DNA of 64,000 nt from a phage. The notes under the pieces were generated by a model that worked only from the letters and a program-made list of their open reading frames with translations, was not told the DNA's origin and searched no databases. This document shows positions 40,593 to 50,269 of this stretch, one piece after another. Positions within the stretch are counted from its first letter, which is position 1; every line of letters starts with the position of its first letter. The translations under genes were made by a program, and so were the position numbers. The stretch lies in the sequence record PV874203.1; one strand, written 5' to 3'.

Positions 40593-41789
40593 TTAGTAGT
40601 TTACAACAGTACCATCATTCAGGGTAAGACTATTAATCTGCAACACACGACCAAGCTGACGATCACTAATTGGTGCGTTCCAGCCAGAGCGGTAGAAGTT
40701 ACGACCACAGAAGAAAACAATTACGTTACTTGCTACGGTCGAACCATTTTCAGGATGCTTGATGTTAGCGATATAATAACCACGACGCAGATTACGACGG
40801 GTGATTGGGGTGATCTCTAACCCTTGTTCTTCAACTTGCATTGTTTCAGGAACAGGTTCCGAAGACTCTTCAGCAACTGGCTCAGCTGCCAATGCAAAGT
40901 TTTCGTCATCTGCCGATTCAGCAAACTCTTCTTCCACTTCTTCAACAGGCAGCTCGTAAGCAACGCGGTAGTCAGGATCAACACCAGAGAAACTCTTAAC
41001 AAACTCAACAATGTTGTGAGTGTAAGTTTCCAGAGTTGTTCCAGTCAGGCCCGGAGCTGTATTAACTTCCAGAACCCAAGCGTTAGTACCTTTGCTAATC
41101 AGGTCAACAGCACCGAAGTTCAAACCCAGAGCGGATACAGCTTTGTGAGCTTGAATCAGAACTTGATCAGGAGGGGCTTCAGTGAAGGAGTTAGAATAAA
41201 CCCAACCAGTGTGATGGTTGCGAACATCTTCACGATAATTTTCCAGTTCACGATAACCGTTACGACGAATCTTCTTCTGAACGTAAGTGATGACACCTTC
41301 GAACACATGAACACGCCATTCACGACGTGGGCCTTGGATTCCTTTGGTGTACAGAGGAGCATCCGCAACACCTTCTCGAGTAAGACGAACAGTAATACCT
41401 TCCCCAGAGTGACCAGTTAAGGTTGCACGTTCATAAACAATTTCATTCCGGTTCCAGTTCAGAGCTAACTCACGATCAGTGGTGTATTCAACAGTCTTGA
41501 CTTCAGCTAAACTCAGTGCGTTAAATGCTGCAACTTTATTAGCTGCTCGGTTCAGAGCTTCAACGGTATTCAGTACAGTTGCACCACCAAAGAAAGAAGC
41601 ATCATAACGACGGTTGCCATAGTTTACAACAATATCACCAGCACGAGAACGATAACGAGAACCCTCTGATACCAGAGACATTACATTAGCATTTAAGCGA
41701 AGCTCCTGAATCTTAGTGTTAATTGCAGAAGTAAGTTCACGAACTGAATCAGAAGGGCCATAAGGAAGAACACGGATACGAGTAGTCAT
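40593..41789 (-). CDS. ATP-grasp family ligase (RimK / glutathione-synthetase-like) with acidic C-terminal region
   Basis: GAVDLISKGTNAWVLEVNTAPGL matches the ATP-grasp C-terminal motif (vLEvNt.PG). Confidence 0.65.
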   Translation of the reverse strand: MTTRIRVLPYGPSDSVRELTSAINTKIQELRLNANVMSLVSEGSRYRSRAGDIVVNYGNRRYDASFFGGATVLNTVEALNRAANKVAAFNALSLAEVKTVEYTTDRELALNWNRNEIVYERATLTGHSGEGITVRLTREGVADAPLYTKGIQGPRREWRVHVFEGVITYVQKKIRRNGYRELENYREDVRNHHTGWVYSNSFTEAPPDQVLIQAHKAVSALGLNFGAVDLISKGTNAWVLEVNTAPGLTGTTLETYTHNIVEFVKSFSGVDPDYRVAYELPVEEVEEEFAESADDENFALAAEPVAEESSEPVPETMQVEEQGLEITPITRRNLRRGYYIANIKHPENGSTVASNVIVFFCGRNFYRSGWNAPISDRQLGRVLQINSLTLNDGTVVNY

Positions 41790-41791
41790 TG

Positions 41792-42016
41792 TTAGATACC
41801 TTTAAGTTTAAGAATTTCGTTACGAGTTTTTTGAATCTGAGCTTCAATTTCGAAGTAGTCGTTGAACGCGTCGTTCTCTACTTCATCGGATGGTGCATCA
41901 ATTAGACCGAAAGCGAACGGATACAGCTTTCGCTGCTCCGTTACTAATTCGATATGAACTCCTATGTAATACTGTAGGAGAGTGATCTTCGGTTTCTTAG
42001 GAACCAGATTTGACAT
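41792..42016 (-). CDS. hypothetical small protein
   Basis: 74-aa ORF between the ATP-grasp and GATase genes. Confidence 0.4.
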   Translation of the reverse strand: MSNLVPKKPKITLLQYYIGVHIELVTEQRKLYPFAFGLIDAPSDEVENDAFNDYFEIEAQIQKTRNEILKLKGI

Positions 42017-42230
42017 GAGGTTCTACCTTAATGCCTTTGATTTTTACATAATCAGCAAGTACGTTATTGATCACCGTTGGGAAAGGAACCTCAACCTGTG
42101 TCTCAAGTACTTGACCAATACCAGCTTGCATCCACTTCTGGATTGCACGAAGGTTGTCACATCCTGTGCTCGTCATCGGGATACGTCGAGTAGTTACAAC
42201 GTTATCCAACATCATTTTTCTGATTTCCAT
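41997..42230 (-). CDS. hypothetical small protein
   Basis: 77-aa ORF directly downstream of the GATase gene. Confidence 0.4.
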   Translation of the reverse strand: MEIRKMMLDNVVTTRRIPMTSTGCDNLRAIQKWMQAGIGQVLETQVEVPFPTVINNVLADYVKIKGIKVEPHVKSGS

Positions 42231-42234
42231 AAAC

Positions 42235-44265
42235 TTAACCTCTATTCAATGAACATTTAGGAGAATTACAATAAACTTGATTCATAGAACCAAGCGTACA
42301 ACTTTCAGCATCGCGCCACGGAATCTGCTTAAAACACTCTGAACAGTAGCCGAGGGTTGACCACATTGCTTTGGTGAAGTCAGTGCTTCGGTTTCCGTCG
42401 AAGCTGACAACAGTTTTGCGGAGAGCTGTTCGTGATTCAGGAAACACACCTGCTTTCTCAGCAGGTTCCTCCTTTTTTGGCTTAGTTGAGATTGCAAAAA
42501 TACTGTTGCTACGTTTCTCAACATAAGCATCAACAACGTCCTCCAGAGTGATGCCTGTCTGTTTCGCTGAGGAAGGTAATACAGTCATACGACCGATCAT
42601 ATCTTCAGTTACACGTAAAGCAAATTCAGGACGACGGGTGTTTGTTGTATCTGTTGCTCTAATCCAGACATAACCGTCTTTGATCGTAGCATTAGATACT
42701 TTCTTCTTTACATCTACAGCGCAGACTTTACAGATATCTTCACCACGAAGACGACTAAGTTCTTCATCGAACTCATTCTCTGTTTTAACTTCACCACAGA
42801 TTTCACAAACACCAATAGGAGTTTCCTCCTCTTCTTCATCTTTAGGTTTAGTCAAACCTTCCAGACATTCAGGATGCCAGTAGCACTGATATGCGAAGGC
42901 TGCTTTAGGTGCATCCTTCCAATCAATGTGTTTGTCACAACCACCACAATCACCATGAGAGTGTGCTTCCCAGAACTTACGAGTGATAGTAACGCCATTC
43001 TTATTGACGAAACTATCATTCATGTCAAAAGGGATATCATCATCAAAGTCAGCAGTAGTAGACTCAGGCTCCTTTTTCTCCAGAGATGGGTCAACAAAAC
43101 GACCTGCTGTGATCACTAAACGAACCATAGCATTAACTTCGGAGATACAGGATACTGTCCCACGGTAAACGATTTTAGGGTCTTTCAGTGCGTCCTGATA
43201 AGCCTTAATGTCTACGTTATGAACATCACCTTCGATATACTCTTGAGACTTCTCATCGTAGATATAACCGATCATCTTACCACGAGAAGGAACAGCACCA
43301 GCTGTTGCATAAGGAACAAACTCATGTGGTGTGATTTCCACAGTCATGTCGCGGCGAATGTCAATGTTTCGATCGCTTGCGATTTTGTTTTGACTTACCA
43401 CTGCGTTTCTTCGACGAACGTCTGCCGCTGTCACTCCCGGCTTCGTGTCGTAAGGATTGCTTGTACTGCTTTTTGAGGAACTTTGATAGTTGCTTTGGCT
43501 GTAGTTGTTCGAGTAGTAATTGCCCCAACGATTGATTACCGTAAAAACCGGAAGCTCGTGGGCGACCTCTTCAACTAGAGTCATGCTGTTGTTTGACATA
43601 TCAAAGATATATTCTGTACCAACTTTACATTCAAAGTGCTCATCAATTCGGTTTTTGTGAGACTTAGAACGCTTCAGAATCCACATCAACATGTCTTCTT
43701 CAGAAGCACCAAACCAATCTCTGTTACAACGTGCAAGATGGAAAGGGCGCTCTTCATTACGGATGATATGAAGGCGGTTATCAGAAGCATCATGCCAGAT
43801 CAGTGTGAAAGCACCGTCCAACTTTTGGATAGTCTCTGCTGCACCAATAGTGTTAATAGAGTGGCAGATGTTCTCACTATCCACCTCGAAGTTTTTACTG
43901 TCAGGTAACAGGTCTTGGTCCATCAAGGTTCCGTTATGAACCAGAGTGATATTACCATGTTGGAAAGGATGGGCGTTCTTGGCGTTAACTGCACCTTTCG
44001 TTGCATGACGGCTGTGACCAACAATCCATGAAGGCGCTACAGTGTAAGCTGTTTCACCAGTGGTGTGCTTCTTGTACTCATCTTGAAGGATGAATGCGAA
44101 AGAAGGAAGGGCTTCTTTGTAAGTGAAGACCTCCTTAGTGCTCTTACGCTGACCAAAGATACCAGAGGAATGTTGCCCTCGGAATACCCCAGCATAAAAG
44201 AGTTGGTTAAATACGTCTAAATCAGTGCTTGACAGATTACCGCCAGCTAATACGATGCCACAAAT
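42235..44265 (-). CDS. class II (Ntn) glutamine amidotransferase domain protein with Cys-rich zinc-ribbon C-terminal region; probable non-AUG (AUU) start
   Basis: Frame is open upstream of the track start (TTG at 43926) and reads (I)CGIVLAGG...FRGQHSSGIFG..., matching the N-terminal Cys nucleophile and RGQ motif of GlmS/PurF/AsnB-type GATases. AGGTGG SD sits 8 nt before an ATT codon preceding Cys. C-terminal half has several CxxC pairs. Confidence 0.6.
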   Translation of the reverse strand: MCGIVLAGGNLSSTDLDVFNQLFYAGVFRGQHSSGIFGQRKSTKEVFTYKEALPSFAFILQDEYKKHTTGETAYTVAPSWIVGHSRHATKGAVNAKNAHPFQHGNITLVHNGTLMDQDLLPDSKNFEVDSENICHSINTIGAAETIQKLDGAFTLIWHDASDNRLHIIRNEERPFHLARCNRDWFGASEEDMLMWILKRSKSHKNRIDEHFECKVGTEYIFDMSNNSMTLVEEVAHELPVFTVINRWGNYYSNNYSQSNYQSSSKSSTSNPYDTKPGVTAADVRRRNAVVSQNKIASDRNIDIRRDMTVEITPHEFVPYATAGAVPSRGKMIGYIYDEKSQEYIEGDVHNVDIKAYQDALKDPKIVYRGTVSCISEVNAMVRLVITAGRFVDPSLEKKEPESTTADFDDDIPFDMNDSFVNKNGVTITRKFWEAHSHGDCGGCDKHIDWKDAPKAAFAYQCYWHPECLEGLTKPKDEEEEETPIGVCEICGEVKTENEFDEELSRLRGEDICKVCAVDVKKKVSNATIKDGYVWIRATDTTNTRRPEFALRVTEDMIGRMTVLPSSAKQTGITLEDVVDAYVEKRSNSIFAISTKPKKEEPAEKAGVFPESRTALRKTVVSFDGNRSTDFTKAMWSTLGYCSECFKQIPWRDAESCTLGSMNQVYCNSPKCSLNRG

Positions 44266-44344
44266 TTTCTAATCCACCTGAAGGGTAAACCCTTTCATCT
44301 AATTAACCTTTAAATTGTGCCCCTTTATCAGAGGCACCCATTGA

Positions 44345-45448
44345 TTACAGCGCTTGCTCTAACTGATTTTCCAGATGATCTGGAATGTACCCTGTGATAT
44401 TGCTATCACTGTGTCCTGACTCACGTAGCAAGTCAAAAATAGCACGGATACGTTGCTCTGGTGCAGATCGTACAGTAGATAAATCAGTTGTACGAAGCAT
44501 AACCAGAATCTCTTGGTACAAGTTGTTAGCGTTCCCTCGGACATATCCAAGGAATCCGTAGAAGTCTGACATATAACGTAAGTCAACAAGAACATCTCCG
44601 TTGGAGTTGGTTCGACGTAAACGAATACGACCAGACTGCTCTACTCCATGAGAACGGCAATACAAAACATCACGGGCCATACAATAGCCTGAATGCAAAT
44701 CCGACTCGTCCAGATTGTAATCCAGAGGAAGGTAAGGAAGCATCGGGGCAAATCGTACAGTATTTAAATGCTCAATAAACTGATCATTGCTCATCTCTGC
44801 GTTATCTAATGCCAGCTTCTTCAACATCAAGAAGCGGTTAACCAGATTGAGAAGTTGACCACGTTTCCACTTAGGCTCACTGATACGGAACTCAATCGAA
44901 CCGTATTGGGCAAGTGGCAGAAGGTTCAGAGATGTATATTTATCCCATGAACGAACCAGACGGTTGAAGAACTCTTCATCGTCGTAGTTAAATGCGTCAG
45001 AGGCATTCATTACCTGTGCTTGTACCACTGCGAAAGCAGGGCAGAAGTTGCTACGGTAACGATGGTAGCCTGAACACTTGAACAACATCTTTTCATAGAA
45101 GGTCCAAGCGAGAACGGTTTTCTTGAGGATATTACTATCAGCATCCCTCATATCCATATGAACGTGAGTAGAGCAACGCCAAGTCCCCTCGGCGTGCGAT
45201 TCAGCTACTGCTTCACTCAGGTTGTTGATAGCGTCTAACAACTCCTGTCCGTTGTAAGGTCGTGAACATACCATTTCACAACCATTACGCAGGGAACCAT
45301 CCTCTGTACAATCCCACATATCTGCTTCGATATGATCGGAACCTTCGAGTTCAAGTTCAATACCGACACCGCACTGAAGTGCAATTGAACTATGCGCCTC
45401 AGTTAAACGACCTTCTCGATATCCAAAAGTTTGCGCTACAGTTGTCAT
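44345..45448 (-). CDS. Amidoligase_2-type COOH-NH2 ligase (glutamine-synthetase-like fold)
   Basis: GVGIELELEG, TEDGSLRNGCEMV, STHVHMD and GSIEFR fit the conserved blocks of the amidoligase family. Confidence 0.6.
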   Translation of the reverse strand: MTTVAQTFGYREGRLTEAHSSIALQCGVGIELELEGSDHIEADMWDCTEDGSLRNGCEMVCSRPYNGQELLDAINNLSEAVAESHAEGTWRCSTHVHMDMRDADSNILKKTVLAWTFYEKMLFKCSGYHRYRSNFCPAFAVVQAQVMNASDAFNYDDEEFFNRLVRSWDKYTSLNLLPLAQYGSIEFRISEPKWKRGQLLNLVNRFLMLKKLALDNAEMSNDQFIEHLNTVRFAPMLPYLPLDYNLDESDLHSGYCMARDVLYCRSHGVEQSGRIRLRRTNSNGDVLVDLRYMSDFYGFLGYVRGNANNLYQEILVMLRTTDLSTVRSAPEQRIRAIFDLLRESGHSDSNITGYIPDHLENQLEQAL

Positions 45449-46062
45449 AACGAATCCACCAACGTAATATTGTAATTGCTAAGGTTTTCAGAAATGTGAT
45501 GAAAGTGTTCCAGAAGTCGCATCGGTTGCTGACCGTAAGAGTCACGAGGCGCTTCCAGATCTACTTGTCCTACCAGTGCACCTTTATAATGCACCTTACC
45601 ATCAGTAGGGTTGATGTAAATATAACGAGTGACCAATCCTTCGAATTCAGGATTGAACAGACTGTAAACCATCTCCCCGGAGATAGCACGACCAACACCC
45701 GGAGCATTTCGAATCTTGTTACCCATCAAACCCTTTGCTCTCTGACGAACAGGGTTAATATGAGTCCAGCTTACAGTGTTACCGTTATGGAACAGATAAC
45801 CAACATCAGGTGATTCAAGAATCAAGGTTGGGTCGAACACTGGAATACTTATCGTAGTGTTTCGAAGGTGCCCTTGCTCATTCTTGTACCACTGCTCTAC
45901 AACAAAGTACAGAGCCTGTTCTGCTTCGTGAGAGAAGTCATCGCTGCGGAAGTTACCGCTCTGCTCGACACCGATCACAAAACACGGAAGGTTGATATTA
46001 CCTGCTCGTTTAGCAATCCATGTACCATTATAGTAATGAGAAAAATCAGCTACTAAGCTCAC
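45445..46062 (-). CDS. hypothetical protein (cluster member)
   Basis: 205-aa ORF overlapping the amidoligase start by 4 nt. Confidence 0.45.
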   Translation of the reverse strand: MSLVADFSHYYNGTWIAKRAGNINLPCFVIGVEQSGNFRSDDFSHEAEQALYFVVEQWYKNEQGHLRNTTISIPVFDPTLILESPDVGYLFHNGNTVSWTHINPVRQRAKGLMGNKIRNAPGVGRAISGEMVYSLFNPEFEGLVTRYIYINPTDGKVHYKGALVGQVDLEAPRDSYGQQPMRLLEHFHHISENLSNYNITLVDSL

Positions 46063-46071
46063 GATAACCTC

Positions 46072-46878
46072 TTATGCTACCTGAAGGAGTTTGATCTGCT
46101 GGTCCGCTTCTTTAACGTTGTTGCCGTTAATGATTTCATGAAGCTTCTCAATCGGAAGGCGAGAGTGCAATGCCATCAGAGTGGACATATCACACTGCTG
46201 AACAACTTTGTCAACCTGATCATAAACAAACTTACGATTTTCACGATCACTAATCCAGAAGTTAGACAGTGAACGATATTCAATACCATAATCTTTATAA
46301 CGGATTGCAGACGCTTTACCGTAGAGTTCTTTACGGCGAGTATCTTTATCCATAATAACTGCTGGAAGGGACAGGAAGTAGTCACACAGCACACCCAACA
46401 TCATCTGAGTTTGCAGGGTGATATCCAAAGCACCAACTACGCCAAGATGTACGTGACCGCCGGCAGTACGAAGTCCCTTATTCTGAGAAGTCGGGGATGG
46501 ATTCTTCTGACCAGTGAAAGCGTTGAAATCAGGAGTACACCCGAAGATGAACGCTGATTCATTGAAAGTCTTCATCTCTTCTTCAGTGAAGATGTGAGAG
46601 CTAACACCCGGAGCTGCTTCCATGTCCAGTTTGTTCAGGACATTGTTGGTGAGATCGATACCACGTTGCATGTTATCGTTAAACGCTTCAAAACCGCTCT
46701 GTGGGTCGATATCAAACTCAGCCAGTACGTTGTCCTCTTGAAGACGAACATCCTTAGCCAGAGTGATCTTATCGTCCTTAGAACAGCCTAACAGACCAGC
46801 CACAGAGGTGATAATACCATTGCTGGTACGAACGAACATTTCAGGGTCAGAGCCAATAAGGAAAGCGCGCTTAGTCAT
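46072..46878 (-). CDS. hypothetical protein (possible second ligase-like enzyme)
   Basis: 268 aa; N-terminal LIGSDPEMFV loosely resembles the G.E.E.F start of carboxylate-amine ligases; weak. Confidence 0.4.
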   Translation of the reverse strand: MTKRAFLIGSDPEMFVRTSNGIITSVAGLLGCSKDDKITLAKDVRLQEDNVLAEFDIDPQSGFEAFNDNMQRGIDLTNNVLNKLDMEAAPGVSSHIFTEEEMKTFNESAFIFGCTPDFNAFTGQKNPSPTSQNKGLRTAGGHVHLGVVGALDITLQTQMMLGVLCDYFLSLPAVIMDKDTRRKELYGKASAIRYKDYGIEYRSLSNFWISDRENRKFVYDQVDKVVQQCDMSTLMALHSRLPIEKLHEIINGNNVKEADQQIKLLQVA

Positions 46879-47842
46879 TGTAATACTCCACTAATTCAGA
46901 AAAGAGAGATGAGATTGTGTTACCAACTTCTTCAGTAGTAAGGCCAGAGCTTGGGCCAGTACGCTGAATTAGTCGGGCTGTAAAGTTTTGTACTGTAATG
47001 TTTTCCAACTTATTGTCTATTGCTTCACGTTTGTGACCATGACAGTTGGACCAGAGTTGTAACCACTCTGACATTGTTTGGTACTCGTCCGGGTCTTGAT
47101 CTTTAGCTTGAGCAAAAGCAGTCAGAGCCTCTAGGTCGTGGTTTCGAACATAACCATTTTGGTTTCTACCTTCACCAAACATACCTTGCACCCACACCTG
47201 ATCTGTATACTCATCAGAGTCTACAACCAAAGGTAAGAATGCTGCTGCTGACATGTCACCATTAATGGCAACAGATGTACTTTCACTTGAGCTGTTAGCC
47301 CTTCCTCGTTGAGACCACCCACCGAAGAAGTCACGACCTAACCCAGCTAACACTAGAGCGATGCCGATGCGTTTACGCTTCAGCCACTCTTCCCTGTCTT
47401 CAATTCCTTCTGCTAGGAAATCCATTCCACGATACTGCCCTTCCAGAATACTACGGAAAAGCATAAGTCCTGTGAAGATCTGATCTGCTGGATGCTCACG
47501 GAGGTTGACAGCAACACTATTCGCTGAAGTGATTGTAAATACGTCACGATAGCAAGACATGGAGTTCATAATGTCTGCTGTTTCAACCAAGTTCTTTTCA
47601 ATATCAGATGCAACATGACCATGAAAAGAGTGAGTCCAGTAATTCAACATCTCCAATTGCAAGTTGATGTCACGGTTGAAGCGTCTATAACGTCCTTCTT
47701 CCGTGATAACTTCACCATTAATGTCACTTACGCATTGGCCTTGCATGTAGTTGTGGATACCGAAGCATCCACGACCTAAGAACTTCTGTTCCCCTAAATC
47801 TTGTTGAAGATTCAGAGGTACGATCGTTGTGGAGATTGACAT
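46871..47842 (-). CDS. hypothetical protein (cluster member)
   Basis: 323-aa ORF overlapping downstream gene by 8 nt. Confidence 0.45.
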   Translation of the reverse strand: MSISTTIVPLNLQQDLGEQKFLGRGCFGIHNYMQGQCVSDINGEVITEEGRYRRFNRDINLQLEMLNYWTHSFHGHVASDIEKNLVETADIMNSMSCYRDVFTITSANSVAVNLREHPADQIFTGLMLFRSILEGQYRGMDFLAEGIEDREEWLKRKRIGIALVLAGLGRDFFGGWSQRGRANSSSESTSVAINGDMSAAAFLPLVVDSDEYTDQVWVQGMFGEGRNQNGYVRNHDLEALTAFAQAKDQDPDEYQTMSEWLQLWSNCHGHKREAIDNKLENITVQNFTARLIQRTGPSSGLTTEEVGNTISSLFSELVEYYND

Positions 47843-47852
47843 AACTAACCTT

Positions 47853-49049
47853 TTATTTTCCTAAAAATAATCCGCTCATAACACCATCCCATTCAGAGGA
47901 TGGAATCACTGAATACACCGAACTTTGGTCCAGAGTTCCACTACTAAATCGCTGAACAATGTTATAAATGTTGAACAGATCTTTAGTCTCAGCACGAATG
48001 CCGTAGATTAGGCTGTTAGCTGTTCTTTCATCTTTAGACACTCGACGGGCAAAGTTAATCAGAAGGTTATCACATTTCAGGATTTCTGATTCACTCTCTA
48101 CTAGATCAGGGTGCATCACCGGCAAGAACATCGAGTTATTAACTCGTAATTCTGCTGTTTCATCATTCTCATAATGAATCCACTTAAAGTCTTCATCACG
48201 GAAATGACCACACCCCTCTCTGTACGACTGCTGACGCCAAGGAACTTGAAATGCTTCAGCATACTTATCAGCCATACCAACTGTAAATAACGACGCCGGG
48301 AAGATACAAGCATCCCAATCATTACCAACCAGAGTTGCTTTCGTTTCCCCTAAGAGGTTAGTGTAAGTGCTAACCATTCGTGAGTAAACATAAGCCTGAA
48401 GGATTGTCCAGCCCTCAACCAACCATTTATGGAGGAAGGTTTCAACTTGACTCTCTTCATCTTCACAATAGAAGGTTCGGTCTAGCATTAAATAGAACAG
48501 ACAACGATCAGCAGGAACGTTCTCAGTTGCTACGCCCATAAAACCTTTCTCGTGCCAGCGTAAACAGGAGGGACGATCTTTGTCCACAAATGCTTCCATA
48601 GCTTCCAGTACAGCACGAGGTGTGGTTCGATGCTCAGGGTTTTTACTATTCCAACGATCAATGTTATTCTTGGGAGGTGTGTCTTCATCTTCATATGAAC
48701 ACCAACCTAAAGCTGCGGATACAGGTTTTTCATCACGCCAACGTATAAAACCTAACATCTTCATGTGAGTTCCGGAGTTCCAGATATGCTTGATTTTACA
48801 CATATCCATCTCTCGGCTTAACAGGAACTCTTCCCCATCAGCACTACGAACGTTAGCTTCTTCATGCCACACTCGAACGTGCATATTCCACCCATGAGTC
48901 GCCTCATACATGTTAGGGTCAAAGTATTCGTCTTCGTAATCATCTTCATCAACGCCACCGTTATAGTTGCGAAGCTGAAGGAACCCATAACAAGGAGGGT
49001 GGACCGTTAAAACATTACCTTCAGTATCTTCTAATGTTACTGGAAACAT
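47853..49049 (-). CDS. hypothetical protein (cluster member)
   Basis: 398-aa acidic ORF with several Cys/His. Confidence 0.45.
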   Translation of the reverse strand: MFPVTLEDTEGNVLTVHPPCYGFLQLRNYNGGVDEDDYEDEYFDPNMYEATHGWNMHVRVWHEEANVRSADGEEFLLSREMDMCKIKHIWNSGTHMKMLGFIRWRDEKPVSAALGWCSYEDEDTPPKNNIDRWNSKNPEHRTTPRAVLEAMEAFVDKDRPSCLRWHEKGFMGVATENVPADRCLFYLMLDRTFYCEDEESQVETFLHKWLVEGWTILQAYVYSRMVSTYTNLLGETKATLVGNDWDACIFPASLFTVGMADKYAEAFQVPWRQQSYREGCGHFRDEDFKWIHYENDETAELRVNNSMFLPVMHPDLVESESEILKCDNLLINFARRVSKDERTANSLIYGIRAETKDLFNIYNIVQRFSSGTLDQSSVYSVIPSSEWDGVMSGLFLGK

Positions 49050-49060
49050 TATACCAACCT

Positions 49061-49423
49061 CTATTGGTTTTTAATCAACTCAATCGACTTACGGATATAA
49101 AGAATATCTCGGAAGTTTCTGTAGTTGTTCATAAATTGGTGCTTCTGGAAAGTAGCTTCTTCCAGAGCTTTCTTTGCTTCTGCGTAGTTTTTACGGGCAA
49201 GATGTACAACCCGCTCTGGTAACGTGTTTGCACGACGGATGAGATACTTGTGAGCTTTCATGTTGCTTTGCTCACGAGAAATCTTACCTTTAGCAACTTT
49301 GATACCATTTGCAATCCAAGCAAGTTCTTGCTCAAGCTCACCGTTGGACATTCCACCGAGATTTGATGCAACCTTGTTCAGAGTTTCAATATTAACGTTG
49401 CCCTTGATGGGACGTGTATTCAT
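49061..49423 (-). CDS. hypothetical protein
   Basis: 120-aa basic helical ORF; RBS AGGAG upstream. Confidence 0.45.
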   Translation of the reverse strand: MNTRPIKGNVNIETLNKVASNLGGMSNGELEQELAWIANGIKVAKGKISREQSNMKAHKYLIRRANTLPERVVHLARKNYAEAKKALEEATFQKHQFMNNYRNFRDILYIRKSIELIKNQ

Positions 49424-49770
49424 ACTTACTCCTGTTGTTTACACTCGTCAATAACCCACTGATAAGTGGATTGCCCAGAAAAGAAACACTGAATAAATCC
49501 AGATGTTCTCTGCGTTACCAGTGCTAGTGCACAAATCACTACCGCTGCTGCTAGCAGTTTTAAATCTAATTTAGACATATTTCCTCTCATTGAATTTAAA
49601 AAAGGACTCTCCGAAAAGAGCCAAGCTTTAAATCCAAAAAAAGATATTACCCAATATCTGTGGATAACCTGCTCTTAAAATATCTATCCGACGGATGTTT
49701 GAGGAATACTCCTCGCCCTAGCATCGGCCCCATACGGGAAATATATTAAGATTAGGTTAGTTGAGTCAGA

Positions 49771-49800
49771 ATAACTCACATAGCCCTCCGGAGGGCTATA
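49771..49800 (-). repeat. conserved hairpin element, copy 1 (terminator or RNA-processing site)
   Basis: CTCACATAGCCCTC-CGG-AGGGCTATAGG; stem and 5' flank shared with the copy at 55737..55775, loop differs. Confidence 0.45.
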
Positions 49801-49804
49801 GGCG

Positions 49805-50269
49805 TTACTCTATCCTAACTGAAGGGCAGTATTTCTCTTTCTTGCTGCGATACATCACAACAATCCAGTTTGAATCACGACGCTCTTTCTTACGTCGTTT
49901 CTTTTCAGCACGAGTTTCATATGTGCTAGTTCTGTGGTCACGGTATATTCCACGAAGTTCATAAAATGCCCAACCACCACCAAACACTACACCAGCCAAA
50001 GCAGCCAAAGACAAGGCACCAAGAGCAGGGGCAGTGAACCATGTCCACCAATTGAATGACAAAAAATTCTCATGCCCAAGTAAAGAGCCACCAATCATGG
50101 ACAGTGCAGCGTATACAACCCCTAACAGCAGCGTCAGTGCAATGAAGTGCATCACTGTACGCCAGAAGTATTCACAGAAGTTGGTCATGTTGTCCCAATG
50201 ATAATTGGGTAGGCTTGACATGGCTTTGTTGAACTTGTGCAACCAGCCGTTCTTGTTAACCTTGATCAT
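49805..50269 (-). CDS. integral membrane protein
   Basis: 154 aa with several hydrophobic helices. Confidence 0.5.
   Translation of the reverse strand: MIKVNKNGWLHKFNKAMSSLPNYHWDNMTNFCEYFWRTVMHFIALTLLLGVVYAALSMIGGSLLGHENFLSFNWWTWFTAPALGALSLAALAGVVFGGGWAFYELRGIYRDHRTSTYETRAEKKRRKKERRDSNWIVVMYRSKKEKYCPSVRIE

Noticed and set aside
44263-44295. Amber (TAG) read-through joining the mini-ORF MKGFTLQVD to the GATase frame as a propeptide
   Set aside because: It would need stop-codon suppression plus autoproteolysis to expose Cys; AUU initiation with the AGGTGG SD is simpler. Not excluded.
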